A stretch of 64,000 nt of DNA from Botryllus schlosseri (Eukaryota). The stretch lies in contig CM119379.1 in the NCBI GenBank assembly GCA_051294905.1, forward strand, positions 23,870,001-23,934,000, in the 5' to 3' direction. The position numbers and the translations under genes were made by a program. The notes below the pieces were generated by a model. The model ran no database searches. It saw only the letters and a list, made by a program, of their open reading frames with translations, and was not told the origin of the DNA. Shown here in pieces: positions 41,801-53,800 of the stretch (within the stretch, counting starts at the first letter, position 1; each line of letters starts with the position of its first letter).

Positions 41801-44800
41801 AGAAGAAAATCGTAGTTTTTTCTAATTATATTGCACTTCAATAGATAATAATTGACTATGAAGAACCCTCATGTCGTCCCCATGGGTTATCTCCAAAGCA
41901 AGAACCATTTTGAAAAAAACTAGTGTCATTTTCGGAATCAGTGCCTATCAGAACCACCAGAACCACTCTTACTTTGTATGCCTAAAAATATGTGTTAACC
42001 AGTGTTATCAATTATTATAAATTCTATGATATTTACGATGAATTGCGCTATGCTCATCCCGGCCGTGCCTCATCTATGCCTTAGTTCCCCTTTCACGCTA
42101 TATTTTTGAACAATAGGCAAGTTGCGTGATTTTCGTAGTAAAAATGTTCAAAATCTAGTAGACAGGTATGGCACTGCCTCACGTGCCTCCCCTGAAGCCA
42201 CGTCACTGACGCATCACACATTACAGTGGGTATGCATGCTGCTGTGTAGTGACCATCGTGTTTGGCTCCGCCTACTTATGTCCCCATGGGTCCTCGCATT
42301 TAAGAATATCGTCAATGCGAACCTATGATCTCGTATAACTGACGAAAGTCGACGAATTTGCGCTACCATGACGTCACGGTTTTTCAATTGTGACGTATTA
42401 GTTGATTAAAATGTATGGCTCTTTGGAAGTTAAAATGGAAAATATGGGGTCAATATGGCTCTTCGGACAAAAAAGGTTCCCGACCACGGTACTAGAGAAT
42501 TCTGGTGATCTAATCGGACATATTACTTCAAATCTAATTTGTGAAATGTCTTTACTTTAATTCTAATCCAATATCTGGTTTTCTTGAAAAAGCTACAGGA
42601 CTTGCTATAGAACTGTATAGCGCGAAACGGGCCAAGCTTGGTGTACAGACAATCCCCATTCTAGTGCTAAGGACTCGGAATATATTTCGATTTCCAAGTG
42701 TTTGCAGATTAAGTAATTCTAGATGCATTCTGATTTGGAAAATACTGCGTAGCTACCTTTCTAATTCCAATGAAACTTGAACTACTGCAACACAACTTGT
42801 TAAAGATGTTAACTTACGTCGAGTGCGTGGTTTTCGCCACAGGTGCTATCAAATCAAAGAGAAACTGGACGAGAAGATACAGAAGCACAGGGAAGCGCAC
42901 GAGACGGCCAAGAAGGTCGGGAGAGATTTGGAGGAAATCGAGTTAAAGATGACGAAGGTATGAGACATGATATAAAATCTCGCAACCAACAATAACAGTA
43001 TCAGTTTATTTGTAATTTCATCATTTCAATGCACCAAAAGACTGCAATAGAATGAAAAGATAGTAAGGCGTCATTACGATTTGGAGTAGTGGAGCCTTGA
43101 CACCTTGATTGGTCGTATCTTAACAAACAAAAGATGTAGTACGAAGCTATGCACGTTAGTGAAATTGCATCATCAAATTTCGAATAATCAAGGCAAACAT
43201 TTATTTATTCTAAATTCCATGCCGGTGACGTCATATTTTGTGATACAATTGTTGATATACAGTGTTGTCCCCAATTCTCTTCTAGTTGTTGACGATGACC
43301 CCTGACGAGTGTCAACGGAAAATATCCGGGTATATTTCATTATAAATATATAACACAAGGGTATCTTGAAGTGTCTTTCAATATTCATACTTTACTTGAA
43401 GAGAAACACTTGCTTCTAACCACCTCTGATCACGGCAGGCTCAGATCCTGATGGGTAACTTGACCGAGCATACCAACCTGTGGACAGACACGAGGGAAGC
43501 GATACGCTCACAGCTCAATACCGCGATCGGGGACTGTCTGCTGTCCACGGCCTGCCTGGTCTACCACGCTGTTCTGCACCAGACTCAACGCGAACCGGCT
43601 TTTGCAGCGTGGATCGCGATATGCCACGAGGTACGTCACTGTGCGGTAGGGCTGTTCAAAAATAACTTTTTTTCCCGATTCAAGCCGGTCACCTCTTAAA
43701 TCGTCAGGTTGCAGAAGAAAACCTTGCTCACCAAATTTCACTCGATTCCAACCAGTAAAGGCCTTCGCAGATCCAATTACAATTTTTAATTTATTATGGA
43801 AAATTTAAAAAAAAAATTTTTAAATTTTTCTGGCAACCCCATGAAATTGTTGAGCTGTCTTCAAAGACGTTGGAAAACAAATTTGAGTCAATTCCGACCA
43901 GTAGAAGCGGAGTTATGTGAGTTTTTCGATGATAATCCTCGGATTTTCCCTGATCGGTGGATAATCTGCGATTTATCAACGAAAAACTCACATAACTCCG
44001 CTTCTACTGGTCGGAATTGACTCAAATTTGTTTTGCAACGTCTTTCAAGACAGCTCAACAATTTCATGGGGTTGGCAGAAAAATTTGGAAATATTTTTTT
44101 TTTAATTTTCCATAATAAATTAAAAATTGTAATTGGATCTGCGGAGTCCTATACTTGTTAGAATCGAACCAAATTTGGTGTGCAGCGTTTTTTAGGGTAA
44201 CCTGACAATTTAATCAGTGAATGGCTGGAATCCGATAAAAAAAGTTATTTTTGAACAGCCCTACTGTGCGGTAGTTTCAATCATCAAAGCACGACCGATA
44301 GGGTGGTAATGACCTGTCATAATTTTTCGTTGACTTGACTCGAGTCACTTTGTATGTTCACTCAACTTGAACTCATATGATTCAAGACATTCTGTATGTA
44401 TAATAGGCTTAGAAACTATCCTTTATCTGCGTGAATGAACATGTTAAGAGTGCGAAAAATTAGTATATTATGACTGCCTTCGGTATCAGCCAAGAGTTTT
44501 GCAGAATAGATCCCAAAAGGGTTCGCGGACCCCAGTTTAAGGACCCCTTACATTTATTTCAATGTATATCAACCTTCAATAACAAAACTTCATTTGTCAA
44601 GTTTGGTCGTGGAATTCAAGTTTAATTTATAAAGTGCCGGTGATAACTGTCCACTTAAGCTAGGAGCGGTTACAGTTGATGGCAATAAAAATTAAATAAA
44701 AATCATTTAAAATTATAATAAATAATTCAAAATAAACTCTTTCTCTCTTTCTCTTCAGGAAGGGATTTTCGTGAATTCGTCGATAGAACATCCGGACGAC

Positions 44801-47800
44801 GAGTCATCGTTTCAAAGCCTGCAATTCTCGTCCAACAGGCCTTTGGGACAAAACAAGATGCATATCAGACGCGACTCCATATTCAACACCCCTCCCGACG
44901 TCACGGAGTTGCGTGGCTTCAACCCTTACACGTTGTTCGTCTCCAATCAAGTGAGTCAGAGTATAGAATTGCAAATAAGGTCGTAAATTTCTACCCAAGA
45001 AGGCCTACAAGTGTAGTAGCTATTTCCAGATAAGTAATAATTAGGTATGTTAGGCCTAGTTTTGCTTAAAGAATCGAAAACTGTGGAGGAGAAAGGGAAT
45101 TAGTGTACGCATAAGGCACGTTCTTTATTATTATTCCTCTATTTTCTGCGACAGGCTTGCGAGGACCTGCAGCATTCTTGGAAACCGGCGGAAAAAGTGG
45201 TGTACTCCGCGCTGGCTACTTTGTTCAGCGTCTCTTTTCACCAGTCCACGTGCTGGCCTTTGATCCTCGATCCCGACAACGAGCTTAAACCGTGGATTAA
45301 AATACTTGCCGAGGCCTTCGCCAAAGAAAAGGAGTCGTCGGAAGAGAGGTTTGTGAACGGGTGTTATTTAGGTATGGGCAAAACGAACAGTGTGAGCGAT
45401 GTGAAAGTAAATTCCAATTTTGACAGTGCTTAGTTGAACTATTATCTATTATTCTGTATTATTCTCAATTATACTCTATTCCTCTCTCTGCAGATGTTCC
45501 GATTCTGACACGGAAGATCCACCTGACATCAAAAACAACAGCAAAGTGATCGTGTGCCCGTCAGATCACAGCCAGCTCGAGCAAAAATTGTCGGATTCTA
45601 TTTCGCGCGGCCACCATCTGTTCATCACTGATATCGAAAGAGCGCCCGAATCCGTTATGAAGACGGTGTGCGAAACGAAACCCGGACAGGACCAGCGCGA
45701 GCCCGACAGGGTCCATCCGAATTTCAGGTATGTAGGTCATGGATGTTTGTAATAATCGGGAACCTCCAGCTTTGGTACGAGGTAGCTTATCATTCAAAAC
45801 ATGTAACACAAGGCTACCCACGTCCGTGGCAATGATACACCAATGTAACAGTGATGAACCTGCAGAATGCTATGACATACTAGTTTATTTACTTCATACA
45901 GTTACATATTTCAACAATCCAACACTGTTTTACTGTTATGACTTCATAGTGAGTACACGGGTGCTTGATTTCGACCTGCCCTTGTATTTACTCTGTGCCT
46001 TTAATGTCGAAATCTAATCTCTCTTTCTACTTGAATTCGTTGTTGAGCCGACAGCAGATCTTAACAGCTTTTACACCTTATTTAATGTCCACTTACAAAT
46101 TAAGTATGTTGTTTGTTCATCATGTATTTCTTACCTCGACACGCTCTGAATTAATCCTAATTCATTATCTGCCAACCTACCTACAATGCGCTTTCAGAAT
46201 CGCCGTAGCAGACTCCTTGATTACCTAATCAGCAAGCTGCTGCTGTCGTGATCATTGAAGCATAGCCTATTGGCCAATCAATAGCCGTGGTTTCGTGATT
46301 GCTAGTCTTCTCGCCGTTCTATGGTAGGTGGCACGCCCATTCTTGGGCAGCTACTTTCAAACGCTTTGCACGAAATCCTAGCGGCTTTTCTGCGACCCAT
46401 TGTTGTTTTGTATCAATAATCTATAGAATAAGACATTACAGCAGAGCATTTTAAAGATTTTCCAAATTATGGACAACCCTTGTGCAGAAGCTGCCAATAT
46501 CTGAATTCTCTCTCTACTGGCACTCGGAATTGTTCTAAATACTCGTGGATATCAACTTTTCAAAAATATGATGACTACTTGAATTCTGTGCAGGCTATTT
46601 CTCGTTACGACGACGGACGTCAAATATTTGGATTCGTTGAAGACAACCAGACTACCACTCGAGCTTTGCGCGTGTGTTGATTTCTCGATTGCGAAAGACC
46701 ACTTCCGGCACAAGCTGCTGAAGATTGTGATGTCGCACGAAAGACCAGACTTTGAGAATCATCGCCGCCTGCTCAGGACCGACATAGCTCACTTGAAACT
46801 GCAGAAAAAGAGCGTAATGGATCGGTTGTTCGACAAGGTAAAACCTGGATTGTGACCAAGTCACAAGGCTACGAGTGACGAGTCAATTTTACTTTCATAG
46901 TTACGACTCGAGTCAAGTCGAATCATTTTCAATTAATAATCGAGTCAAGTCGGGGTGTCGAAGGTTGAGTCCGAGCCATAGTCTTAAGACCTGAGTCCAA
47001 GTTAATGTGTTCAATGTTTAGATTCGAATTCAAGTCATGTTCAATTCGCTTTCTTACAGCTCTGCTTGGGTGATATCAAATGTATTGCGTTCATAAAATG
47101 CTGATGTTCTTAATTCTCAGCAGTTTCCTGCCCTAATATTCATGTTCAGGTACCGATAGACAAAATACCAATAATGTGGAACTTTACTATTCTTCTAAGT
47201 TACAATGAAATGCTTGTCTCGACTCTAGTACAAGTCAAGTTAACACACAAATTGACTGAATTCAAGTCGAGTCACCAAAAAATCGCGACTCATGTCAAGT
47301 CAATACAACACTATTTGGTGCTCAAGTAGCAATTGAGTGCTTCGAATAGTCGAAGTATTTGAACTAGTCTTTCTCTGTAAAGGCGCCATTAGAACAGGAG
47401 GAGTTCAGATAAATCTTCTGCATTTCCATATGGACTATTGCCGAGACTTGAACCGTGGTTGCCGGCATTGATGGTGGCAGATTAACCAACTATGCCAACC
47501 TCGCCACCCCAAAACCCAGCCAATTGACACTCGAAGATTGTCGATTTTGAAATCTTATAAATTTCCGCGTATAAATATGATGATCTTTTATCGTAATTAG
47601 TGATTGTTTTCTTTTGTGCAGGTGGCTCAGTCCGAGTCTTCGCTTCTATACGATTCCGGTCTGCTGGAGGACATTCGCACTTGTAAACGGGAAACGGCCG
47701 CAATCGCCGCGACTCTGACCGAGACTATTAACATGAAGGCAAACTTGGAGAAAGTGAGTCACGAAAAATAAAACGTCAAGCGAGCTTTTCGGTGCGTGAG

Positions 47801-50800
47801 ACATTGTAATAGAGCAATGGTAATATAATTGCGTCGCTATCATTCTTTTACTATGAACTTAATCACTGACTCTTATCAGCAGCGTATGTCCAAATCAGGG
47901 ATCTGCAACTTTTTTGACACGGCTCAGATTTAAATAGCGCAGTGAAACGACAGGCCGCTCATTAGCTTTCTAGTAGTTACATTTGACATTCGATATTGGA
48001 TTGCACATAACACAAATATTGTTGCCTATACATAAATCGTACTGAGGGCTGATAATTTAAGTTTTTTATGTTTTGTGGAAAAATTCAAACGCAACGTTCT
48101 CATTATGCATGTTTTCGTCCTATTTCTTACTTAGGGTCCTAGGCTTACCCACTTAAACATGACCAGAAAGCGTAAGAAGCAAATTAGCAAATTTTTCTTT
48201 CCGATCTACATTTGGTCCGGGGTCTATGCGGATAAATTTGCTTTTAGAAGCATTGACGTATTAAACTAATAGCATGCTCGGCTAATAATATTTTTCCTGT
48301 CATTTCATTTAGAAACTTTCGGAGCTCGAAGATGTAGTCGGCGGCGCCCTTGCGTTGTACGACACGTTGACAAAAGCATACTTGATGAAATCTGACTTCT
48401 ACTGTTGGACATCGAGCGCTCTCCTCTCTGTTCTAACCGATATAGTGACTCTGCGGTCGCGGGGGAAGTTATATCAACCGAACGAAATGTCGTTGAAGGT
48501 ACGATGTTGCATTTTTTAACGCAGATCATCCCCTGAAGCTTGAATCAGAACGGGCAACTGCAATTAATTCTGTCAATGGCAAATATGTAATGGATATTCC
48601 TAATAGTGTGGAAAATTATCAAGACGGCAGGTTTCTCGTCATTGCGAGAGACAGTTCATTCTTCCATTTATGTACCTTGTAGTTATTCGCCAACGTAGTT
48701 TGTGCTAACAAAAGGAGTTTGTGTATAATCTAAATATAGTGCATTAAACTTAAGCCATCTGTTTTCTTTTATTATTCGAATTTTCATGCCGGTGACGACA
48801 TATTTGATGATATGACGTTCTTTTCAACTCCCTGCTACCTGCTGACGATTACCCCTGACGAGCGTCAGCCGAAACATGTTTATTTCAATATGACTATATT
48901 ACTCGATAGGATACTGAAGTTTTGTACTTCCAATAGTATTTTTTATGTTCCGTTCAACAAGTTAACCTTTCTCTAGCGATGCAGTTTGGTTATGATGTCT
49001 GTCTAAAAAATCTAAATAACCGTCATGAACCTTGTTCTATCTGTTACAGTCGAGGGGCGCCGAAATCGATCAGAGCATGACAAGATCCGTGTTGCAGTTG
49101 TTGAAAGCGAGCATGTTCAAATCGGATTATTTCGTGCTCACCGTCACCTTGTCTTTGACCAAACTGAGGAACTGCGGTAAAATGTCGAAGGAAGAAGTGG
49201 AGAGCTTTATCAAAGATGCCGATGTAAGAGTGTTCTGTATTTCTATTCTGTTCAGAATGCGTAACGGTCAAGTGATAATTGACATGTTTTTGTTTTCTTT
49301 GAGGTATAGTAAATAGGCGTTCTGAAGTAGCAAAGTATCATAATCTGGTAGATAGTAAGTAACGCTGTGCTATATTTAACTTGTACATCAACCTTTTTGT
49401 GAGATCTTGATAGATTACTCAACTCATAATGATTCGTAGTTGTTGCAATAAAAGCGTTATCGTGAGTCTAAATTCGATAATACACAGACTCTCAATTTTG
49501 TAGTCGCTCAAACAAGACACCGACATCATACAAGCCTTGCTTAATTAATATATGTTCCATGCTAGATATCAGGGTGCTAACTGAAGACCATATTTAGTTG
49601 CCAGAGCAACTGCAGAGAACATAGTTTGGCAAGGAGTTTTCTTTGACGTAGAAATAGCTTTATGAGTACACGTTTTATTAAGATATTATAGAATATTCCA
49701 AATTTATACCCATCCGTCTCTATTTTTGCACCGTGCTATTACATATATTATTTCATAGAGCGGCCTGACTGATTGACTGAGGGCTGACTGATTCAATTTG
49801 ACTCAAGTATATGCTTCAAGTAAAGTGCGAATCATTTTGATTTCACATAGAGTGAGACAGCTCATATATGTACCTTCTATCAAAGACCATCGAAATATGA
49901 AAATATATTGTTGGACATGACAAAGAAAACAATGCCAGCTCGTATTTGAGAAAAATTGAAAAAAACTCAAATCATTGTAAATCATTGTATTTATATTGAA
50001 AATATCTGACTATCGAAATCTACTGACAATATGAAAATGACAATAAGCTTGAATTTCTTATGATTACCACCCGCTTATTTTGAATTAGACTAATTTTCGC
50101 AAAAAACGCTATCAACAGACTTTCCTGATGACATGTAACTCCAAATTTTTTCTCAAGCAGTACTGGTTTGTTACATATTATCCCTCCTTTCCTTGCACAG
50201 GTACGAAAGCGCATACCGTCTGGCAGCGATGGCAGCGCTAACGATAAAAAACCGACGTGGATGAGCGGACAAATGTGGAGGACCGCCCGTAATTTAGAGC
50301 AGAGCCACCGAGCGTTCGCCGGGCTGACCCATTCCATCGCCACCAAGCACTCGCTTTGGCAAGAATATCTCTTTTCCGACCCGGTCCTGCTCATGAACGT
50401 GCCCGAACCGGAAATGTCCCGTGAGTGATGATTATATTTTGTGAAATTAACTGTATATCTAGCGCAGTTCTCTTCAACTGGTATACCGAAATATACACGG
50501 GGTTTACTAACAAGAAAAGTATAGTCATATTGAAATGAAACCCGAATATTTTCGGCTGATACTCGTCAGGGGTAATCGTCAGCAACTAGTAGGGAATAAG
50601 AAAGAACATTGTATATCAACAATCATATCACAAAATATGACGTCATATTCGAAGTTTCATGCTGGTGACGTCATATTTTGTGATATTGTTGATATACAAT
50701 GTTCTTTCTTATTTTCTACTAGTTGCTGACGACTACCCCTGACGAGTGTCAGCCGAAAATATTAGGGTTTCATTTCAATATGAATATACTATTCAATCGT

Positions 50801-53800
50801 ATACTGACGTTCCGTACCTCCAAAAAGCTCTTCTAACAAGAAAAGGTGTACATACAAGGGTGCATGACTAACTTACGTAAAAGCAGTGTTTTACATCCTG
50901 GGGATAACGTTTACTGACCTTTTTTGGTAATCAGGTTCCCAAATAGGATGTAAGAAGTACTTTGTCAGTGAACTCCTCCGGATGTAACCTGTGGCCCGCA
51001 TTTCTTTGAATTAGTGATATTTATTTGCTTTCAATCCGCTCAAGTGCAATGATTTTTGCCAGATTTAACGATTGGACAGAAGGCCCTGCTGTGGAAAACT
51101 TTGCGACGCGAAACAAGCAAGAAAATCATGACCAGACTCGTCAACGGAGTCTTCGGTAACGCGAGCACTGCGCCTTTCGATTGGACGATCGATACTTTGC
51201 TGACCTCGCAACCGAGGAATGTGCCAATCGTGTTTCTTACCGCGACTGAAGGTGTGTGTGAATTTTATTGCTACTATCGTGCGCCCTTCAATTAGACTTT
51301 TATGTTTTACAGGCGTTCAACCTCTGAAGGAGATTCAGGTCGCTGCTGAAGATCGAAGCATTAAAATCGTGCAGAGGTATGTTTAGGAATGATTCTGTGA
51401 TTGGCGCTATCTGTCATTTTGACGGTGCATACAAGGGCTACTCAACTATTGTTAGCAAAAGTCCAATTATAAAAGTTTGCTAAGTCTGTTGCAGGGTTGT
51501 AACCAAGCCACAAGGTTCCGAGTCACAAGTCAATCTCACGTTTATAGTTTTGACTCGAGTCACGTCGAGTCCATGTAAGCGAGCAGAGGGTCGAGTCCGA
51601 GTCATAGCGTTTTGACTCGAGTCTGAGTCCAAGTCATTATGTTCACTGAACAGTCCTAACAGTTTCTGGCCCTATTTTCCAAGTGTCAGGACTGATGGAC
51701 CAAATGCCAATCATGTGGTAACCTTACTATTCTTCGAAGTCACAATGAAATGTCTGTCTTTGCCGTCCTATAGTCTCGAGTCATATGGATTGGTTAGAGT
51801 CTTGCACAATGACTCGAGTTTGAAAATATGACTCAAGTCAAGTCATTATGATATCGCGGCTTCAGTCAGACTCAGGTCTAGTCGAGTCATTACAGCCCTG
51901 GTCTGTTGTAACTCTCATGAAATAATTTACAGTCATACAAATGTAATATGGTATAACTATATACAAAATCCAGCGGCAAAAACAGTAAGCAAAATGAATA
52001 TATTGTCATGATAGTCACAGCTAGCGGGAGGATTGGCATTTATTTATTTATTTGTAGTTCTAGTTCGGATTTTAGAAGTTGTTGAATTGTTGAAATAAAC
52101 CTGAATACTTTTGGCCGGTATTCATTATGGGTAATCGTCAGAAACTTGTAGAGAATTGATATGCAATGTTCTCTTCAATTCTCTACTAGTTGGTGACCAT
52201 TAGGCCTACCCCTGATGAGTGTCAGCCGAAACTATTCGGGTTTATTTCAACATGAATATATTATTCAATTAAACCACACATGAACGCATCAAATTTTAGG
52301 AGCGCCCCGTTCGACCAAGGACTCCCCGTTATCCTGGATCGTTGCATAACCGATGGCCACTGGCTCGTGTTGGAAGAATGTCACATCGCCCAGGATTGGA
52401 ACACGCAGCTCGTGAATTTAATCACCACCATGACGCAGTCCGCGCCTCGAAGCGCGGACATTGGGGCCGCGAAGGGACAAAAAACGAAAACGCAATTCGA
52501 AAAAACAGACGACGCAGACTCGAAACTAAAAAGTCAAATCGTTTACGAAGATTTGCCTCAAAGTCGATTGGAGCTTCACGAAAATTTTAGATTGTGGATT
52601 ATCCTGTCTGTCGAAAGTAAACAGATTCAACTTCACGATTGTATTCCTGACGTTATCATCAAGAAAGGTTTCGTGCTCAATTTAACCTCGCAAGCACCCT
52701 TGCGCGATATCGCCTCCAGAAATTTAGAGCTGATAAGCAAGACCAAGAACATAGACTCCAATGGAGAATGCGACGTGAGCTTATTCACGACAAAGCTGGC
52801 GACTTCTCACGCGATATTTACGCGTCTTTTGGACTCGTCCGATCAAGTATACCCGCACACCGACATTGATTTAATCGGATTTCTGAAAATATGCGAGACC
52901 ATGAGGGAATTCATGTCGGACGACAGCGTGACGGAATTTTGTAAAGAGTTTCTCCGTGCCAACAGGTAACGTAGGCCGAAACGACAGCCTATCTGTTCAT
53001 TACAACGCATCAAACTTGGGATTATTTTAGTTGTGTAGTTAGACTGATTAGAATAAATACCGCTGATCCAGTTATAATATTATTTGTTAAACATTTCTAT
53101 GGTCTAATTTCATTGTAATCGTATTCTAACCCAATCTGGAACAAATGCGTAGCTATAATGCTAATGCGAATCTAATTCGGAAAAGCTGGAGATTTCATAG
53201 TTGTTCCATTCTGAATCGCATTATGTCTTGTGTGTGGCATTGGATGTGGTGTGACTTAAACAGGTGAAAATATCTTTAACAATATAAATGCTTACGGTGT
53301 GAACGGTATTATATTTCTGATTGCGTTTTAGTCTCGGCGGGAATGACGTTCGCTTTAATCAAGCGGTGGAGGCCTTGCGCGATACGCACGACGAACCGTC
53401 CAAGAATAGGTTCGAAGGAGTTATTACAAAAGTGTTCGGTCCCGCGATCGACGTCGACGCCATGCTTCAAGTAAGTATGTTACGGAGTGATTTAAAGCGA
53501 TTTTCGGCAGCACACGGTGAACCCAGCATCAATTCCACCGGATCTTATATTCAATCAATTCCGCTTGTAGACAGAACCTACTTGGCTACTGAAAACCTCA
53601 ATGAAGTCAGGTGTAACGACTAATGATAATTTGCGCGTTTGTAGCGTCGGCGTGGTAGCAGCTATACGCTGTCTCTGAATAAAGACCGAGACGCGATTGT
53701 GTTTGCGTTGAATGTGACGGCCAAATACTTTGCGCAATCCTTGTCTCCTCCCGCTCTGGGAAGCCATTTAATGGAAAGCACAGCTGGAGTTTTGCGCAAG

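Larger units (their letters stand above)
50520..50832. mobile_element. Hammerhead-bearing element with inverted arms and a 13-bp TSD
   Basis: Direct repeat CTAACAAGAAAAG at 50507-50519 and 50833-50845; two intact cores facing outwards. Confidence 0.8.
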
